A stretch of 59,271 bases of DNA, the filler included, from Basidiobolus ranarum (Eukaryota): assembly GCA_040143965.1 (NCBI GenBank). It is 6 parts of 6 records of this genome, joined end to end, with 100 filler letters (N's around TTAATTAATTAA, not from the genome) between each part and the next. Parts side by side here need not be neighbours in the genome. Positions count along the whole stretch, not along the records: positions 9,912 to 19,718 come from JASJQH010007656.1; positions 19,819 to 29,618 come from JASJQH010007657.1; 4 more parts are not named here. One strand, given 5' to 3'. A model generated the notes under the pieces. That model did no database searches. It saw only the letters and a program-made list of their open reading frames with translations, and was not told where the DNA came from. The translations under genes were made by a program, and so were the position numbers. Positions within the stretch are counted from its first letter, which is position 1. Every line of letters starts with the position of its first letter. Below are positions 12,819-26,332 of the stretch, piece after piece.

Positions 12819-14223
12819 TTATACAGCTGCAGAAATATCAATATTTTGAGCTTTTTGTTTCTTGAGAATATTGGTGATGTAGAATTCACCAGCCTTGTAT
12901 GAAGAACGAACCAAAGGTCCACTAGCAACATACTTGAATCCGAGCTCCTCACCGACCTTAGCCCAATGGTCGAATCTTTCGGGAGTAACGTATTCAGTTA
13001 CCTTCATATGTCTCTTTGTAGGGCGCATGTATTGACCGAGAGTCAAACAATCAACATCAACAGAGCGAAGATCTACACAAATATTAATGTCAGTACTTGA
13101 CTTGCAAATAATGCCCAATTTGAACTAAGTACCTTTCATAGTTTGAAGTACTTCTTCATCAGTTTCACCGAGTCCCAACATAACGGATGTTTTGGTAAAG
13201 AGAGAAGGCACTGTCTTTTTGGCGTGTTCCAATACGGCAAGTGACTGTCTGTATTTAGCACGACGATCACGGACGTAAGGTGTAAGTCCTTCTACGGTCT
13301 CCATGTTGTGTGCATAAACATCGAGTCCAGATTTTGCTACAATTGCAACATGGTCCAAATTTCCTTGGAAATCACCAGTTAAGCACTCTACTAAAATGTG
13401 AGAAGCCTTCTCTTTTATCTTTCTAATAGTGCTGGCAAAATGTTCAGCTCCACTATCAGGAAGATCATCACGATCGACTGAAGTCAATACAACGTAATCT
13501 AGGCCCCATTTGCTGATCGCTTCGGCAGTATTCTCAGGTTCATTAATATCTAAGGCTTGTGGCTTACGGTTTGTCTTGACCGAGCAGAAACGACAACCAC
13601 GAGTACACTCATCACCCATTAACTGTAATAAGCAGAGTTTTGTTAGTAACGTGTCCACGAAAATCATTCAGTATAGGGATAAAGTACCATAATAGTAGCG
13701 GTAGCAGTTTGATGCTCACCACCTCCCCAACAATCGCCGATATTTGGACATCTAGCTTCTTCGCATACAGTATGTAACTTTAAGTCACGCAAATTTTTCT
13801 TAATCTGGGTGAAATTGCTTCCTACGGGAATTTCAGTTTTCAACCACGGGGGTAATCTTTGCTTACTATAGTTGAAAGTATCGGTTACAATAGAATTCAA
13901 TGATTATTATCTTTCATGTAAAGAACATACGGTTTTTTGACACCGGATGACGCAGTGGTTTCCTTGAGTTCAAATGCTTCTTCTGGAGATATTTTGGAAG
14001 AGCTAGTAATGAAATCATCAAGGGAAGGACCATCGGAGAGTTTCTTAGAGAAACCAGTGAGAATGGGAGCCTGCTTAGTAGTAGCAAGAGTACGCAACTG
14101 GCCCTAACAACATTTCAACAGAAATTAGCAATTGGAGGACAAGCAAATACTTTCACTATCAGTAAATACCCTGAAAGAATGGCCAAAGCTTGAGAAAGCA
14201 GCTGTATTCAGAAGGCGAGACAT
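12819..14223 (-). CDS. LIP5: Mitochondrial lipoyl synthase (radical SAM)
   Basis: [68 protein letters not shown]. Confidence 0.97.
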
Positions 14224-15867
14224 ATTAGTAGGATATATCGGTTTAGGTAGAAAGCAAGCTTCGAACGCAACTTATTCCTGTGGGTTGCTTATTTCCTTAA
14301 AAAAGAGAAATTCTAAGGTAGGGGGTGTAAGGAATTTGGGGTACAAAGTTGGGTTCAAGGTATATAGTATGTGAAATTGACAATACATATTTGTAAATCA
14401 ACTCAGACTGTGTGTTGAGATTACCATAAAGAATTAGGAAAAAAGATAATCAGCCATTGGTAGCATTGATAGATTAAACACCAATTGATGTAGTTGCACT
14501 TCTTATGGGTTCTACCGCAATATTAATCTATATACAGTCACTAAACATCAAATGGAGGACCTGCGATAATCTGACCGGCACGATCCTGACATCTCGTCCC
14601 CAACCGCACATCAGTAGATTATCTTCCGTACATAGGATAATCGAGAAGTGAACGAAGTGCTTTCTCTACGGCTTCGTGAGAATCGATCATCTTACAGCAG
14701 AGAGTAGCAACGGGTGGCAGTAGGTTGCTCAAGAGCCCTTCCATTGGTTGGAGATCAGCTCTCTGCCAGATATCACTAACATCATCCAAGGTAACCATGG
14801 TGGGAAATCCCTGTAATACAACCCTGATTCATACGATTATCAACTATCTAGAGTTGGTACTCCAGAAATATAATCTCAACCCTACAAATACTGGTTCTGT
14901 TGCAACTGAAGCACTGATTTGTTGCATCCTCATTGGACAGCTCCAAGACATCTGAGGAATCCCAGCATGCTGAAATTATCTGGGGCATTAGATAAATTCA
15001 ATCAGAGCACGAAAGATGAGATAGCTTAGATTTCACGGCCATCGCACTAAAACATGATTGATCTTGCCACATCAACACAATCTAGCTAGCGTGCTGTTGT
15101 AACGTGATGATATCAACATTGCTCGGCTAGCAATAGCCGTAACTTTTTTGGCTGGGACAGTTAGCCACTGCCAGAGTTAAGGTAGCCTCAAGCAATGGTA
15201 ATAGACTCTAGTAGTCAACATCGTATCTGGATTCTAACAAATTACTGACTCTAGTTAGTGGGACTTTACGTTCCGTACCCTAGACTATTGGATCTAACAG
15301 TAATATTGGAATTGAGAGAAGAAGCATAACATATTCGCTTGAAATTCGAAACTAGCGCAAGGCATGTTATTCATATAATAACCGGTGGCTGTTCAAAACT
15401 TCAAAGGGTATGGGGGGTATGCATGTTAGCCCGATTCGATTCACAAAATGGCTTGCGAAAATAAAGTTTAGAGCTCTACGTTATCACGAAAATGATCTAT
15501 TCATGGTGGCGCAATCCTGAGGTGTCTTGTCATACCAATCACAACACCTCTGCATTCATGATCTTACATATATTTATTGTTAATGACTCTCGGGCGAGAT
15601 TCTGATAGAATATTATCCTACAGTATTGATGGATATAGGAGTATTAATAAGAAGCATATCTTTCAATTAGAATAGAGTATATGAGGTGCATGGGTGTCAG
15701 TAGCCTCACGATGTAGGCATATGAAATAACGAACATTAATATATAAGCAAGGTTCAAAATGTAACAGTAATTGCAAAAATAATAAATGCTAAAGTACGAA
15801 ATGATTTCTGGTTTCTCCATAGGCATTGTTCCAAAACGATTATACATGCTGTTGAAAAACGAAACAG

Positions 15868-17553
15868 TCAGGATCTCGAAGCGGTAGGCCATCTTGAGGT
15901 GACAGTCATTGGGCCTTGTACAGAGATGATGGAAGGCGTGTTGACCCGGCAATTGACCATTCCATTAGAATTAAGTGGCTCTGCTCTCAATGAGTACTGA
16001 TTAGAATCTCCGGAGGTCCTGCCATCAAAGTAATTACCATTACCTCCTTCCAAAGATTGGTTGTTTTCGTAGGAAAAGGCATACATATACCCTTGTCCTC
16101 CAGAACCGGTATTTCCGCCACCCCCTCCACCCCCATGTCCAGATGGTGGTGGCTGGTGATGGCCGTTATGCAAAGAGTACATGGTTGCCGTTTGAGCATC
16201 TTCTAGACGTCTCTGTAAAGTGTTGGCCTTATTTTTTAGCCGTTGATTTTTGCGTTCCAATCGCTTTATAAAATCCACAGCTTTGAATAGTATCGTTGAT
16301 TTACTATTGTTCATGTCTCGAAGCGCAGGAACGATTTCAGTCAAGTCACGAAAGCCAGAACGGATCATGTTACGCCTTTTTTGTTCGGAGGCAATGTGGT
16401 TTGCCCTTTTTTCTTCCTCTGTTAATAATTCTTTATTGCCTTTACGCAAACGATCAGACTTAGACATGTTGTCTTTCTTATCATCGAAAGAGTTCGGTGT
16501 AGGGGACTCGGAATTCTGAGCTGATTCCTCTTTCTTAACTTCGCTGTTAGAATTGAGTGATGATTCGTACTCTAACTCTTTTGAAGATCTTCTATTAGCC
16601 TTTTCTGCTTTAGTTGGACTGATCTTTGAGGGTGCTTTTTGGGACCTGGGGTGACTTCCTTTCCGTTTAGCAGGTATCGTAGGACTGTTAATACCGATAT
16701 TATTGGTATATGAAGAAGAGGGGGTCATAGAGCCTCTTGTATGAATATTGGGGGATTCAATGCTAGCTGGATTATGATTTGGAGTGAGGGTTCGGCGTGA
16801 GTTATTCTCGTTCGAGGCTCCGGGTTCATGGCTCAAGAATAAACTTGAAGGGGTTGTAGGTGCACTATGCATACTAGGTTCCTTAGAGTGTTGCTTAAAC
16901 ATATCATAAAGCGCAGAGTGTACCGCAGATTTATGTTGAGGTTTTTCCAAAGTAAACATGTGTGATGTGCTACTGGAAGATAAGGAGGGCCCAGGAGTAA
17001 AGTAGGTAGGGTTTTCAAGAGTTGGAGGGAGAGGATTGTCAGTGAAGAGGTTCTCATCAAAAAATATATTATCTAGAAAATTATCAAAGAAGCGTTGTTC
17101 TGATTCATCAAAAAGCTTGGTGTTAGGGTTCGTAGCCGATCTCAATGATGGTGAGGATGGTAGGGTGGCTAAATCTTCTTCAGTCAAACCAAGTTGATGA
17201 CCAAGTTCTGTAAAAGAGAGATATTAATGACATAATCACTGAGTAGGCATCAATTAAATACTCAACATACCTCTAAGCTCTTGCGCCAAATGTACAGATA
17301 TTGAGGGGTCAGATACTAAGGGAGGAGGCGGAATAGAAGGTGGAGCAGCTGCATTACGATTCATCAACTCGTAAGGGGACCCAGAGTACAGATGAGGAGG
17401 AGTATAATTATAATATGTGGGATGGTAAAGGTTTGGATTTATCTGCTGAGTGTTTGATTTACTATCATTGATAGGAGGTTTGGAGAGATTTGCAGTGCTA
17501 TGTGTATAGTAAGCGGGATCATTTAGCGTTGAGTTGGGATTTGGTTGGTTCAT
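15868..17553 (-). CDS. bHLH(-zipper) transcription factor, Ino4/Max-like
   Basis: ELLTEEEKRANHIASEQKRRNMIRSGFRDLTEIVP...SKSTILFKAVDFIKRLERKNQRL; exon 1 (ORF 17254-17559) splices into the 439-aa ORF. Confidence 0.88.
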
Positions 17554-18953
17554 TGACAAAGGTGAATATTATCTCCAAGAAACTTATATCAACAGATTAG
17601 CGCACGGTGCGTTTGAAGAATCTGCTTCAGCCTGGTTAACTTTAAAAAATCTAACTCAAAGAAGACAAGGAGGCACTTTTTGCTGAGCAATATATGTTTG
17701 GTTACGGACTTGGGAGCCACGAGTATAGCTATTTACGGGTAATATCAAGGTGGCAAGTAAGGTTGATGAGAAGTAATGAAATAAAAATGTTAGTTACATA
17801 GATGGGGGTTCACTTGAGGCTTCTTTCAAGTATGCTCCACTATTGGTGCTACAGAGCCCATTTAGGATGCGATATGTTGTCAACGTCTCACTAGGTGGGA
17901 AAATAACTGGAATATTAAAGTAGATAAAATGACAAAATATTATGTGATGATTTATTCAATATTTTCACGTGTGTTTTGAGACGAACTAAGAGATATTTGC
18001 TCAACTAAAACCCGAAACTGAGGACAATACGGCTGTATTGTTTGTGATAGATGCTTTGGGAGTTATCGATTGTTTATCTCAACTCTTAAAGAGAATTGGG
18101 CATTTGATCCAATATATAATTAGATATAATGCTGAGTTTGGTGAACCAAATCATATGATGAGATACACAGAAAGAAGTAACTAGCATTAGTAGGATTGAC
18201 GTGCAAGTCGATGGGACTTGAGAGTAGTCCGCAACTGATTTACTCCACCTCATTAGGCCAGTGATGGTATTGATTGTGGGGGTGCTATTTGTAAACTAAT
18301 GAAATCATAGGAAATGGGCAGGTGCACCTCGTAACACGTTCCTTCGTATGCTATATAGGTTTACATGTGATTTTCTGAGAAGCTGGGTCACTAATGATTA
18401 TTATAAAGCGAAGGCTTTTTATAGTATTTAGAAGGGCCTGGCGACATTTTACGATAACATCAGGCTTACCTTTAAATCGCATCATGCAGTTGATTAGCTC
18501 CACGAGTCATCCCCTGAATAGAAATAGGTTGTTGGGGTGTTCTCTAGGATGAAAGCCAGCGTGGTTGAGAGTGCTAGGCACAGAAATGTGTGATGGAGTA
18601 ATGGTTGAATTCTATAGGTATATTTGACAGAAACCTGCATATAAAACTCGTAGTAGGTTTCAGATATGATAAATGAGCATTTATGATTTTACAGTCCAGT
18701 AAATACTGCAGATCATGAGTTATCGAGGGGCTGTTTCATTAATTTCAGTAACTCGTGATATGCCAATTTTTTGGACCAACTTTGGAATTGGCTCAAATAG
18801 AGTCACAGGTTCTTAAAAATAAGGACTCTTGCGTTGCGGCTTATACCTCTTACCATTGTTTACTACTCTTGACACCTAACCTCTTTTACCATTATTCTTG
18901 AAAAAAAGTAACAAATACACGGCCTATAGAGACTCTGTTAGGCACGAGGACAG

Positions 18954-19718
18954 ATGAAATCTTTACTAAGTGTTTTACGGTCCATACCTAGAAGACATGT
19001 CATAGTCTTTCTATGTGCAATGAGCGTGATTATAAGTTATGCAGGTTTGTCAAGTTCTCAACTATCGCACTTGAACTAATACCTTTCATTGAAAATGTTT
19101 TTTAAAAAAGAAATATTTCATTTCAGATCGCTCCAATATTTCAATTGCAATCATTCCAATGTCAGAAGAGTACTCTTGGTCTTCTACAACTCGAGGACTA
19201 GTTCTTTCAAGCTTTTTTTACGGATATTTCTGCACTCAAGTTCTTGGTGGTCTTTTAGCTGATAAATTTGGAGGGAAAAGTGTCTTAGCTGCAGGTAAGT
19301 ATTTAAATGGTAACATTTCAAGCAGATAGCTGAACCTTAATAATTTACTATGCAAAATCAAAGGTGCATTTCTTTGGTCTCTTTTCACTCTAATAACACC
19401 TTGGGTATCTCACAACTTCACAATTTTGATCTGTTGTCGTATGCTCCTCGGCGCCGGAGAAGGTTAGTAAGCACTTTTAATTAAAAGCCTCTGTTCCTAT
19501 CCGTCTCATATTGTCTTTGAAGGGCTTGGATTTCCTGCGATCCATTCCTTAATAGCTAAATGGATTCCACATAACGAGAGTTCCCGCGCAGTAGCTGCCG
19601 TAACAGCTGCATCATACGCGGGTGCGTTCTTGGCGCTTTTAATCTCTGCAGCTATAGCTGCTTCATTTTTAGGATGGCTGTGGTGCTTCTGCGTTTTTGC
19701 AGTGATGGGTTTGGCATG
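18954..19718 (+). CDS. MFS anion:cation symporter (SLC17/sialin/PHT4-like), truncated by contig end
   Basis: Spliced: IPRRHVIVFLCAMSVIISYADRSNISIAIIPM..WSSTTRGLVLSSFFYGYFCTQVLGGLLADKFGGK..CRMLLGAGEGLGFPAIHSLIAKWIP..ESSRA. Confidence 0.9.
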
Positions 19719-20089
19719 NNNNNNNNNNNNNNNNNNNNNNNNNNNNNNNNNNNNNNNNNNNNTTAATTAATTAANNNNNNNNNNNNNNNNNNNNNNNNNN
19801 NNNNNNNNNNNNNNNNNNGGCACCTGGAGACACTTACTCTATTCGTGTGATCACTAACACAGGAACCGACCGCTACAGCCACTACTTTAAGATTGAATGA
19901 GTCAATCCGTGGCCATAGCTTTACCCTTTCATACATTCCCAAAGGCCCTTAGATACCGAACTAAATTTACCCTTGTTTACTCTAGATATCGAAATAAAAT
20001 AATATTAATCCTTATATATTGTATTGTAGAAGTTTACATATTGTGGCTACTATTTGTTGTGGCCAGACAAAAATGGTTCAATATTTACC

Positions 20090-21490
20090 AGCTAAGCAAC
20101 ACAAGGATGCAACAAATATTCTTGCCATCCAAAGCTACTTCAACTGCCCTATGACCAAGAGAGATCACTAAATCGTCCAACTCTTTAGAGATCATTTTAA
20201 GGGCACTATCTGATTCAGCACCACTAAGTATCTTAATACTCTCCAGCATGGCTTCAAATAGATTAACAGCATCACATACTTGATGAACTTAATTTTCAGC
20301 GATAGTTACAATACAACGAATCCCCTTCGAGGTGGTGGACTCCTCGATTTCATCAAATGTGACTACTTCGACGTAAATTTTCAAATTGTTAGTGATGAAT
20401 TCGTTACAAATCGTCTTAATCTCAGTAACTTGTCTAGGAGTTATGGCATTCTTATAGCCAAAGTCAAATCAGGATTTTTCTTGAGCAACAATGGATCCTG
20501 TGAATCAATGATATCCTCGAGAACTTTTCGCAATGTGAAATTTAAAATGCGGGTACCAGTGTGACTCTTACCAAAAGCCCAACATCTATTCTTATCATAA
20601 GAACAAATAACCTCATCACCAACAATTAATTCCGATATTTTAAGTAGCCAGTATGTAAGATATAACTACCGAATACTTATGCTGATTCAATAACAAATCG
20701 GTATGTACATCATAACAATGGTTCAATGATCATACACTTGGTTCAGTGTAGAAATTGATTCTATCGAGAATAATACCGATAACTTTGCTGAGTATTAGCA
20801 ATCCCACTAGCAAATACTTTATTGTGATAAATGACCTGAACAGTAGTTGTGATAGCTTCACAATAATACTTGTAGATATCTGCAGTCTCATAGGCATCTG
20901 TACTCCTGTCAATTTCATTGATAACAGGCAATAATCTCATCAGAAGCAGTGACACTCTGATTAGTCTTGGAAGCAGGTTTAACAGTAGTTTTTTCCTATT
21001 GAACTCCTTTTCATCAACCTCAAGAGCATTCACCTTGGCTACTAAACGAATCAAACCCACGGGAAAAGTACCATGAAGACCCACAACACCTAACACAGAT
21101 AAGAAGTTTGAATTGAATTCTCGAGTTTTCTTAAACTACGATTCAAACAAGCGTTCAACCAGAGCCAAAGTTTTGCTAAATAATTCCTCCTTTTCATTCG
21201 GAATGTTTTTCACGTAATTCACATCCTTGGTAGTTTCAGGAGAAGCAACTCCTACTTCACTGATTACCATGTCGATTAAGGAAGAAAAGAAAGCTACGAT
21301 TTGTACACAAGACTTTCTTCTACTGTACACTACGACAAATAATCCTTTTTAACGCTAAGTCACTTCCGATATGAGTAGCGATAACAAAATTGATGTTGCC
21401 GTTTGCTAAATATATAAGTTGAGTAAATGTATTGCCAAAGAAAAGGAGTAAGGTTTGTTCAAAACTAATAATCTTTTTGACACTTTTGAG
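20090..21490 (-). pseudogene. Decayed intronless ORF of unknown family
   Basis: ORFs 21136-21330 and 20761-21096 share a frame and are separated by a single stop; protein-like helical sequence continues with further stops and frameshifts to ~20090. Confidence 0.4.
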
Positions 21491-22426
21491 TTGGAGGAAC
21501 TGTGCTCTATTTTTATATACTATATATAAAGTACATAAAATATACCACCGACATTCTGCGTTGTCAGTAAATTCTACAGTTTGTCACTACCTAAGGTCCA
21601 GCTGATATGACTGAATGAATGAAATCATGGCAAATTGATTTAACGAAGAGCAAACAATAGTAAACGAGGCTTGCAAATGTGGGGAAATATAGTCGTGCAG
21701 CGATTGGCACCACGGAAATAGATCCGTAGTCCAATATAATTTATCTGTAGAGAGCCAAATATGTAATTTGATCTGAATCGAGTGGAAGCTTTGGAACAAG
21801 CACTCTATATTTGATTGTTGGGAAGAGGAAATGAACCTACTGAGATATCATATGCATATCAATTGATATATATGTCCGAGATAGACTGCAAGGAATATAG
21901 CCCTGCAACAATATGGTCTGATGACATGTACATATATAGAAAGCTTGCTACGTATCTTTACAAATGTGAGTGTGGCTATCAATTTTCTCCTTTTGCATAA
22001 AGGATGACTTTCCAAATATATCGGCGATTGTTGATATCATGAGCAAGGAAGCTATTACATCATACTTTCTCTCATTGGGTGCAGCTCATATGATCGGGCG
22101 TTTATCAAACGATAATCCGTGTTCCGTATCTATGAACGAGTTGGGATTACATCAATACCGCAGTGGCGTTTTAAAATGATATGTTTGGCTTTATAATACA
22201 GAATATTTTTTTAAGTTTTTGTACAGATATAAAGATATGTTGAAATATCAAAATATTCAGAATACCGAAAGGAATACTGAGGAATTGAGGAAATTAAATG
22301 AAATAGAGTAGTATATACAGGCTTAGGGAAGCTCACTATCTAGGGCCAGTGGAATTGTTCCTAGTCCCATTATGAATGAATGATGCGTTTACGGCTGAGC
22401 GTTTAAAATCGTTTCCAACAGAGAAA

Positions 22427-23059
22427 TTAGAAGCATAATCTCGCTCTTTTGCCAGTTTGAATACTTTCCCCGTCATTCCATAGAGTTTCGCGACACCGCT
22501 TTACCATATCAGAATTATCTGAGTGATGGGATTGCTCAGTTGAATCGGAGACCAAATATGGAGTGATATTCTCACAAGACATGGGTTGTTGGCAGAGAGA
22601 TTCTGGTGAAATCCAGTTTAACATTTAGCCAACCATGAAAATAATGCAAATATTCCTGGGCAAAAATACCAACCGTAATCAACTTGTGTACTGTGGGGTT
22701 GTTCTTGCGAACTAAGCTCCTTGCTTTGGTCGACTTCTTTAAAATAGTAATGAAAATATTTGATAAACAATGCTTTCAAAACGGACAACACGGTCACATA
22801 AATAATGACGGATATAATTCTTACCAGCCATTATCATTTCAGTGGATTGTTTGGAAGGTATGGGAACTTGTACGAATTCGTCATCCTCATCTTGATTGAG
22901 GGTGGCAAGCTCGCGTTTAGCTGCCTTGCGGAAATTTATAAGCAGCAAACGTGTTCGCAAATTTTGTTCCCTCTTCTTGGAACGGTTGTACTTACGAAGT
23001 TTGCGATTGCAACTTCCCAAGACATTTTCCATAAACATGAAATCGAAAAGTTGATCCAT
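22427..23059 (-). CDS. Small protein with N-terminal SERTA-like helix, 2 exons
   Basis: Exon 1 MDQLFDFMFMENVLGSCNRKLRKYNRSKKREQNLRTRLLLINFRK; a frame-consistent GTAAG...CAG intron (22824-22603) joins ESLCQQPM...GKRARLCF*. Confidence 0.5.
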
Positions 23060-26000
23060 AGTTGCTTATTCTGTTGGCTCGGTATAAGTGGTAGGGATGA
23101 GCTTTGTGAAAGAATAATAGTGCAAAGGGAACTTTCGTAAGAAGAGGAGGAAGAAAAGTTCGACCCATTTCCTTCCATCATCCAGGTTTTTATAAGAATT
23201 AGAGACCCCAGCTGTTTTGTTTTTTCCAGTCGTGCCATTGGCAAACAAATGAAATTTTTTTCGATCTGTCGCACTTATTATTGGTTAGCTGTTTATCCTT
23301 AATGGAGACATAGTGCAATACAAAATGATTGAATCCAAACAATTTTCCAATGGAAACCCGTTCATCCTACATGAAAACAAGAATGAAATTAGCTTGTGTG
23401 TACAATGACGATTTGGTTGAAAACCAATTTACACTAAATTGAGAAAACCATAGCACAACTAAACGGGAGATACATGTGAAGGCATCGGGATTGGTTTCAT
23501 TAATCTTGGTGCAGTCTCATCTAGTAAACATAAATAGAAACATCCATCCTCGTAATCAAATCAGGTAATTACCTACGTTTTTGAAGGAGCACAGAACTCT
23601 GCGTTCCTACATTGAATGCTTGCGTAATATTCCAGATATTTTAAACCCTGATTCCATCCATTTGATCTGTTGGCAAGGCTGGATTCGATCGTTGCTGATT
23701 TCTACAGCGGTGCATAGATATATCAACCATGAATCATGTTATATTGTTTCTGGAAATGCAGCATTATCAGAAGTATATCAGTAATAGAGATCGAGCTTCT
23801 GAGGTTGAATAGGTTGCTGCTGATCTTCGATCTCTAGGAGATGCTGAGTTTCTTGTTGTATGCTCTATCATCTAGCTAACTTTGGACTGCATTTGCATAA
23901 CCTCCACCTCCTGTAATGAGTTGTCATGCATCGACATCTGCAAGCTCCACTAGGTTTAGAGTTTCATTTGAGGTTCTAGAACTTGTATCTAGAGTGCATT
24001 GAGTGCTACTGGGAGTGAAACTTGCGATGCTTGGCTCGCTAATTGTATTTTGGTCAAATGTGCGGCATTGCTGGATGTTTTCAGAGTTTTGCTCTGGAGC
24101 ATTATATCTGTATTTACCGTCATTTCAAATATTGGTAGATAATATACCCCACAATCATGATGACAGAATGATGAAGTCCTATCATTAATATATCTGATAT
24201 TCGCATATCGCTTTCAAAGATGAGTTGATGACTGAATGATCCAATTATTTTGATCCTCTGCTGCGGGAATCTTAAGTTTTAAGCCATAGTTTACAGGTAT
24301 ATAGGGATATGAAACAAAGCCAACTATCGGCAAGAAAGAATGTGAAGTAAAAAGCATTCAAACTATAAACAGTTGAAATAATGCCACAATACTGAATTAG
24401 AAGTGTATATTAGTCATACATTGACAAGCTGTTCTTTTCGTGCGTGTTATTGTGTTTCCGTGCGGAGGAATAAGTAGAGTAAATATTTTATTATTAGGCC
24501 AAACATCAGATTAGATGAATATTGTATCTACACTATTGTCATAGAAAGGCCAGTTGCTCTAGGTTTGAGAATTTTTCCCTTTAAATCTGTAACCACAAAA
24601 TAGTGGAATCAATTCATGAAGAGAAATTTTACCTCCATCTCTCAACCGCTAATAATGAAAAAACCATTACGATTAGTTGCCATTACAACAGTCTAGGATA
24701 TCATTTTACATTCTATTACGTAGAGAACGATACCGAGAATGTCTCTTATATATTAAGCGGTCAAAAAGTAATAGCTGTAGGGAGACCTTGTTTTCTCACT
24801 TATTACAGGATGTGTACTCCTTCAATTTATCGGCTCAGTACAATCGTAATCATATTTATTACCACCAATATATGCTTACTTTCATCATTGATGAGAGATT
24901 AAATCTAGCGTTATGAGTATATTCTATGGCACATAATATTCAAGATAAATAAGATTGATTCATAATTCATATGAACAATCAGATTTATCTGAAAGTTGAC
25001 CATTTTCACGTTGTATTGCTTGTTACACCTATCGCTCACATGTTGTGACTTCCATCTTGTATTTCTTGAGGTCACATAGTCTAACGCGAGTCGGAATCAT
25101 TGCTTATTGTAACATGATTAATTATTCTTGAATAAATCTATTTTCAAGTGTTCAATATACGCTTTGGTAGCAAAGTCCAAAGAGTCAGCGTAGTTAGTAA
25201 TTCTTTCAAGCTCAATAGTATTTACTTTGAATGGTTTGTACTTGACTATAAGAGTTGACTCAGGGAGAGGGAGGGGGGTCGTTTCAGACCGGAAAATGTT
25301 GGGAGCTAAACAATATGACCTTGTTAACTTTCGCAGTCTGTGGCCTAATTAATCCCTCAGTTCTCCACAATATGATTAGCCATATATGTGTAAATCTCAC
25401 ATATAGATCAAATGACCAGCTTTCATTCACCTTACCTGTACAGCAAGTTTATATGTATTAGTATAGTCTAGTATGTGGCTCATTACAGAACCAATTAATA
25501 GTGGAGCTTACTATAATATCTATTGTCAACTTGAGAAAGCCCGTCATGGTTCAACCTGAGGTAAATTAGGATTGTGTCATTGCTTTCATTCGATGTTTGA
25601 CCATTCAGTATTAGTGCTAGAGTAATAATACTTGGAATCATTATCTTTGGTACGAAATTTGAGTTTCGTAGAGCACATATAACAATTAATTGAGATTCTA
25701 TAATTGTCTCTACAAAAAACATGGAGATAAAGGATCAAATCTAATCAAGCTCCAAGGCGACGCGCTCAAGTTGGGAACAGTATACAAAGTCACTATCCAC
25801 TGAAGCTGAGGTAGAATGCCATTGTGGAGTTATTGGAGCCAATAAATATCCAAGTGGCTTTTTTCAGAACAAAAATAGCCGGGACCACTTAACATAAACA
25901 CAAAGATGTTACGCATGAAAGATTTATGTATATTTTTCGAACAGAAGTGATAACGGTAGCTAACAAATGTATCAACGCAGTGATTATCAGTCAATAATTC

Positions 26001-26332
26001 AACTAAGGGGACATAGTATTGAATAAAGTTTCATATTTGCTGTTAGTCTTCCTAATCAATCAACCGCGTTCTTGCAACCAAATTTATCCCCAACGTTAAA
26101 CTCATGGTTTACTTCGATCTATCGACGTCCATCCGTTTACATAGTAGTTGATACATTATTGATAAATACCAAAATTCGTAATATTGCAGATATATCTATG
26201 ATCCGATATAATCGTACAAGATACGTGTGATTTCTGAATGTTATCCGACTAAGTGTGGGAATAGTCGTTTTGTACAAGATAACTCTTGGGGATATAAAAC
26301 TCTCTTCTTGGGTCGTGAAGGGTTTTTTAAAC

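Noticed and set aside
14500-15330. Coding-like fragments on the minus strand between LIP5 and the bHLH gene
   Set aside because: Frequent stops, no recognisable family; cannot support a call.
23300-24300. Decayed coding-like stretch (WNQGLKYLEYY...)
   Set aside because: Too degenerate to assign; glycoside-hydrolase resemblance not convincing.
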